Shown here one piece after another: positions 62,575 to 64,000 of a stretch of 64,000 bases of DNA (the stretch's first letter is position 1; every line of letters begins with the position of its first letter). The position numbers and the translations under genes were made by a program. The notes below the pieces were generated by a model, which worked only from the letters and a program-made list of their open reading frames with translations, was not told the DNA's origin and made no database searches. Source of the DNA: an uncultured Nitrospiraceae bacterium. Its GTDB lineage: Bacteria > Nitrospirota > Thermodesulfovibrionia > Thermodesulfovibrionales > Dissulfurispiraceae. The stretch lies in contig CAVSHF010000005.1 of assembly GCA_963727805.1 (NCBI GenBank), forward strand, positions 96,001-160,000, written 5' to 3'.

Positions 62575-62966
62575 TCCGTCGGGTTGGCTATACATACTTT
62601 TCACCCACAAAGTAACAGTGCTGATCAGTGATGAAATGATACCATGGATGTCAGGCGTAAATTTCCTTGCGAGGGTTAGTAGCCGCTTCCCTCCTGTTTG
62701 CAAGCCTGAATGCAGCGATTAAGTCGATTAACAAAGACGAGATCTACCGTCTTTCCGCAGAGCTCTACGACGATTTCGAACTTAGTTTCGCCGTGAAGGC
62801 AGCAATCGAAGAATACAAATTAGAAACAGAGAACCGGAGCCTTCTGACTATCGTGAGGCAGCAAGCCCTCAACCTTCTTAAGTTCTCAAAAAAGAGTATG
62901 CCGGTATCGCGCAAGTCCACTACGATGAAAAAGGTCGGATCATCATTCAGGATATGCCCGATATAG
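62575..62966 (+). pseudogene. Degraded response regulator
   Basis: One frame gives KVTVLISDEMIPWMSGVNFLARVSSRFP; another continues ASLNAAIKSINKDEIYRL...DDFELSFAVKAAIE. Confidence 0.65.
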
Positions 62967-63219
62967 AGATTCAACAAATTGTCGCCGATTTGTAGCAGGA
63001 CACGGGGCATAACCGCCCGTAATTCCGAAACACCCTCATATTGACAAAGGCTGACACATTGTGTATTCTATGAAAGAGTTCACTGATTCCCCCCTTATCA
63101 GGGTTAGATCATAATCAACGTATTTTACCAAAAGACATTCACTATTGAGGAAAAATCCGCAAACACAACTTGCAACGGCTAGCGATACTTTCTATCATCC
63201 ACCCGGAGAGGAAAAACGA

Positions 63220-64000
63220 ATGGAAAATTATATTTCAATTTCAGAATTGAAGCAAAAGAGCGTTGACAGCCTTACCCGCATTGCCAAAGAACTAACTGTC
63301 GACGGCACAGGAGGGATGAGGAAGCAGGAGTTGATTTTCGCCATCCTTCAGGCCCAGTCCGAAAAAGCCGGCAACGTTTATGGGTCGGGCGTCCTGGAAA
63401 TCCTTCCTGATGGCTTTGGCTTTCTCCGTTCGCCTGATTACAGCTATCTCCCCTCCCCTGATGACATATATGTATCTCCGTCACAGATAAGAAGATTTGC
63501 CCTCCGGACCGGAGATTATGTTTCGGGCCAAATACGCCCGCCCAAAGAGAGCGAACGTTATTTCGCGCTGCTTAAGGTCGAGACCATAAACACCGAATCA
63601 CCCGATGAAAACACTAGCCGCCCGCTGTTCGACAACCTTACCCCCTACTATCCAACGGAAAAAATAAACTTGGAGTACAGTCCGACCGATTTTGCGATGA
63701 GGGTCATGGATCTCATTACTCCCATAGGAAAGGGTCAGCGCGGACTTGTCGTTGCCGCGCCGCGGACGGGCAAGACTATGCTCCTGCAGTCGATCGCCAA
63801 GGCGATCAAAAAGAATCACCCCGAGATACACCTGATCATACTCCTGATCGATGAAAGGCCTGAAGAAGTCACCGACTGGAAGAGACAGGTCAGCGGCGCC
63901 GAAATCATCAGCTCGACTTTCGACGAACCGCCGCAGCGTCATTGCCAGGTCTCAGATATGGTCATCGATAGAGCGAAGCGGCTGGTCGAGGAGAAAAGAG
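63220..64000 (+). CDS. rho: Transcription termination factor Rho (runs off window end)
   Basis: Manual translation: [59 protein letters not shown]. Confidence 0.97.
   Translation, partial: MENYISISELKQKSVDSLTRIAKELTVDGTGGMRKQELIFAILQAQSEKAGNVYGSGVLEILPDGFGFLRSPDYSYLPSPDDIYVSPSQIRRFALRTGDYVSGQIRPPKESERYFALLKVETINTESPDENTSRPLFDNLTPYYPTEKINLEYSPTDFAMRVMDLITPIGKGQRGLVVAAPRTGKTMLLQSIAKAIKKNHPEIHLIILLIDERPEEVTDWKRQVSGAEIISSTFDEPPQRHCQVSDMVIDRAKRLVEEKR

Noticed and set aside
63272..63942. Minus-strand ORFs of 70 and 114 aa
   Set aside because: Antisense shadows of rho
1..64000. CRISPR array, rRNA or prophage genes
   Set aside because: No regularly spaced repeats, rRNA-like sequence or phage structural genes seen

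Overview
A 64-kb bacterial chromosomal segment. Gene content (RACo-type ASKHA protein, FTR/Grx, Sec-type SelD, single-chain PurL, trmFO-xerC-hslVU) suggests an anaerobe, possibly Nitrospirota/Desulfobacterota-like; this is inference only. Most of the window is housekeeping: purL (partial), hisC/hisB, thyX plus a ThyA-like gene, ileS-lspA, nfo, argB, hslUV, xerC, trmFO, ilvE, gatAB, rluD, rpsU-yqeY-NIF3-dnaG-rpoD, two tRNAs, selD and rho (partial). Accessory region 1 (~23.2-37 kb) holds a group II intron with apparently non-canonical termini, a complete IS110/IS1111-type element, two multi-PAS histidine kinases, an IS630 and cinA, with a ~66-bp direct repeat at 27474 and 36789. The 3' non-coding end of the IS110 folds into a two-loop bridge/seek-type RNA whose guide segments match the element's own ends and its insertion site. 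Accessory region 2 (49103-51317) is an integrase-less mini-island bounded by a perfect 16-bp direct repeat. It carries three stand-alone PilZ genes, two tRNA 3' fragments and arm-type repeats. selD has an in-frame UGA with a SECIS-like hairpin, and many genes look leaderless. All calls were made by eye, with no database searches or folding software.
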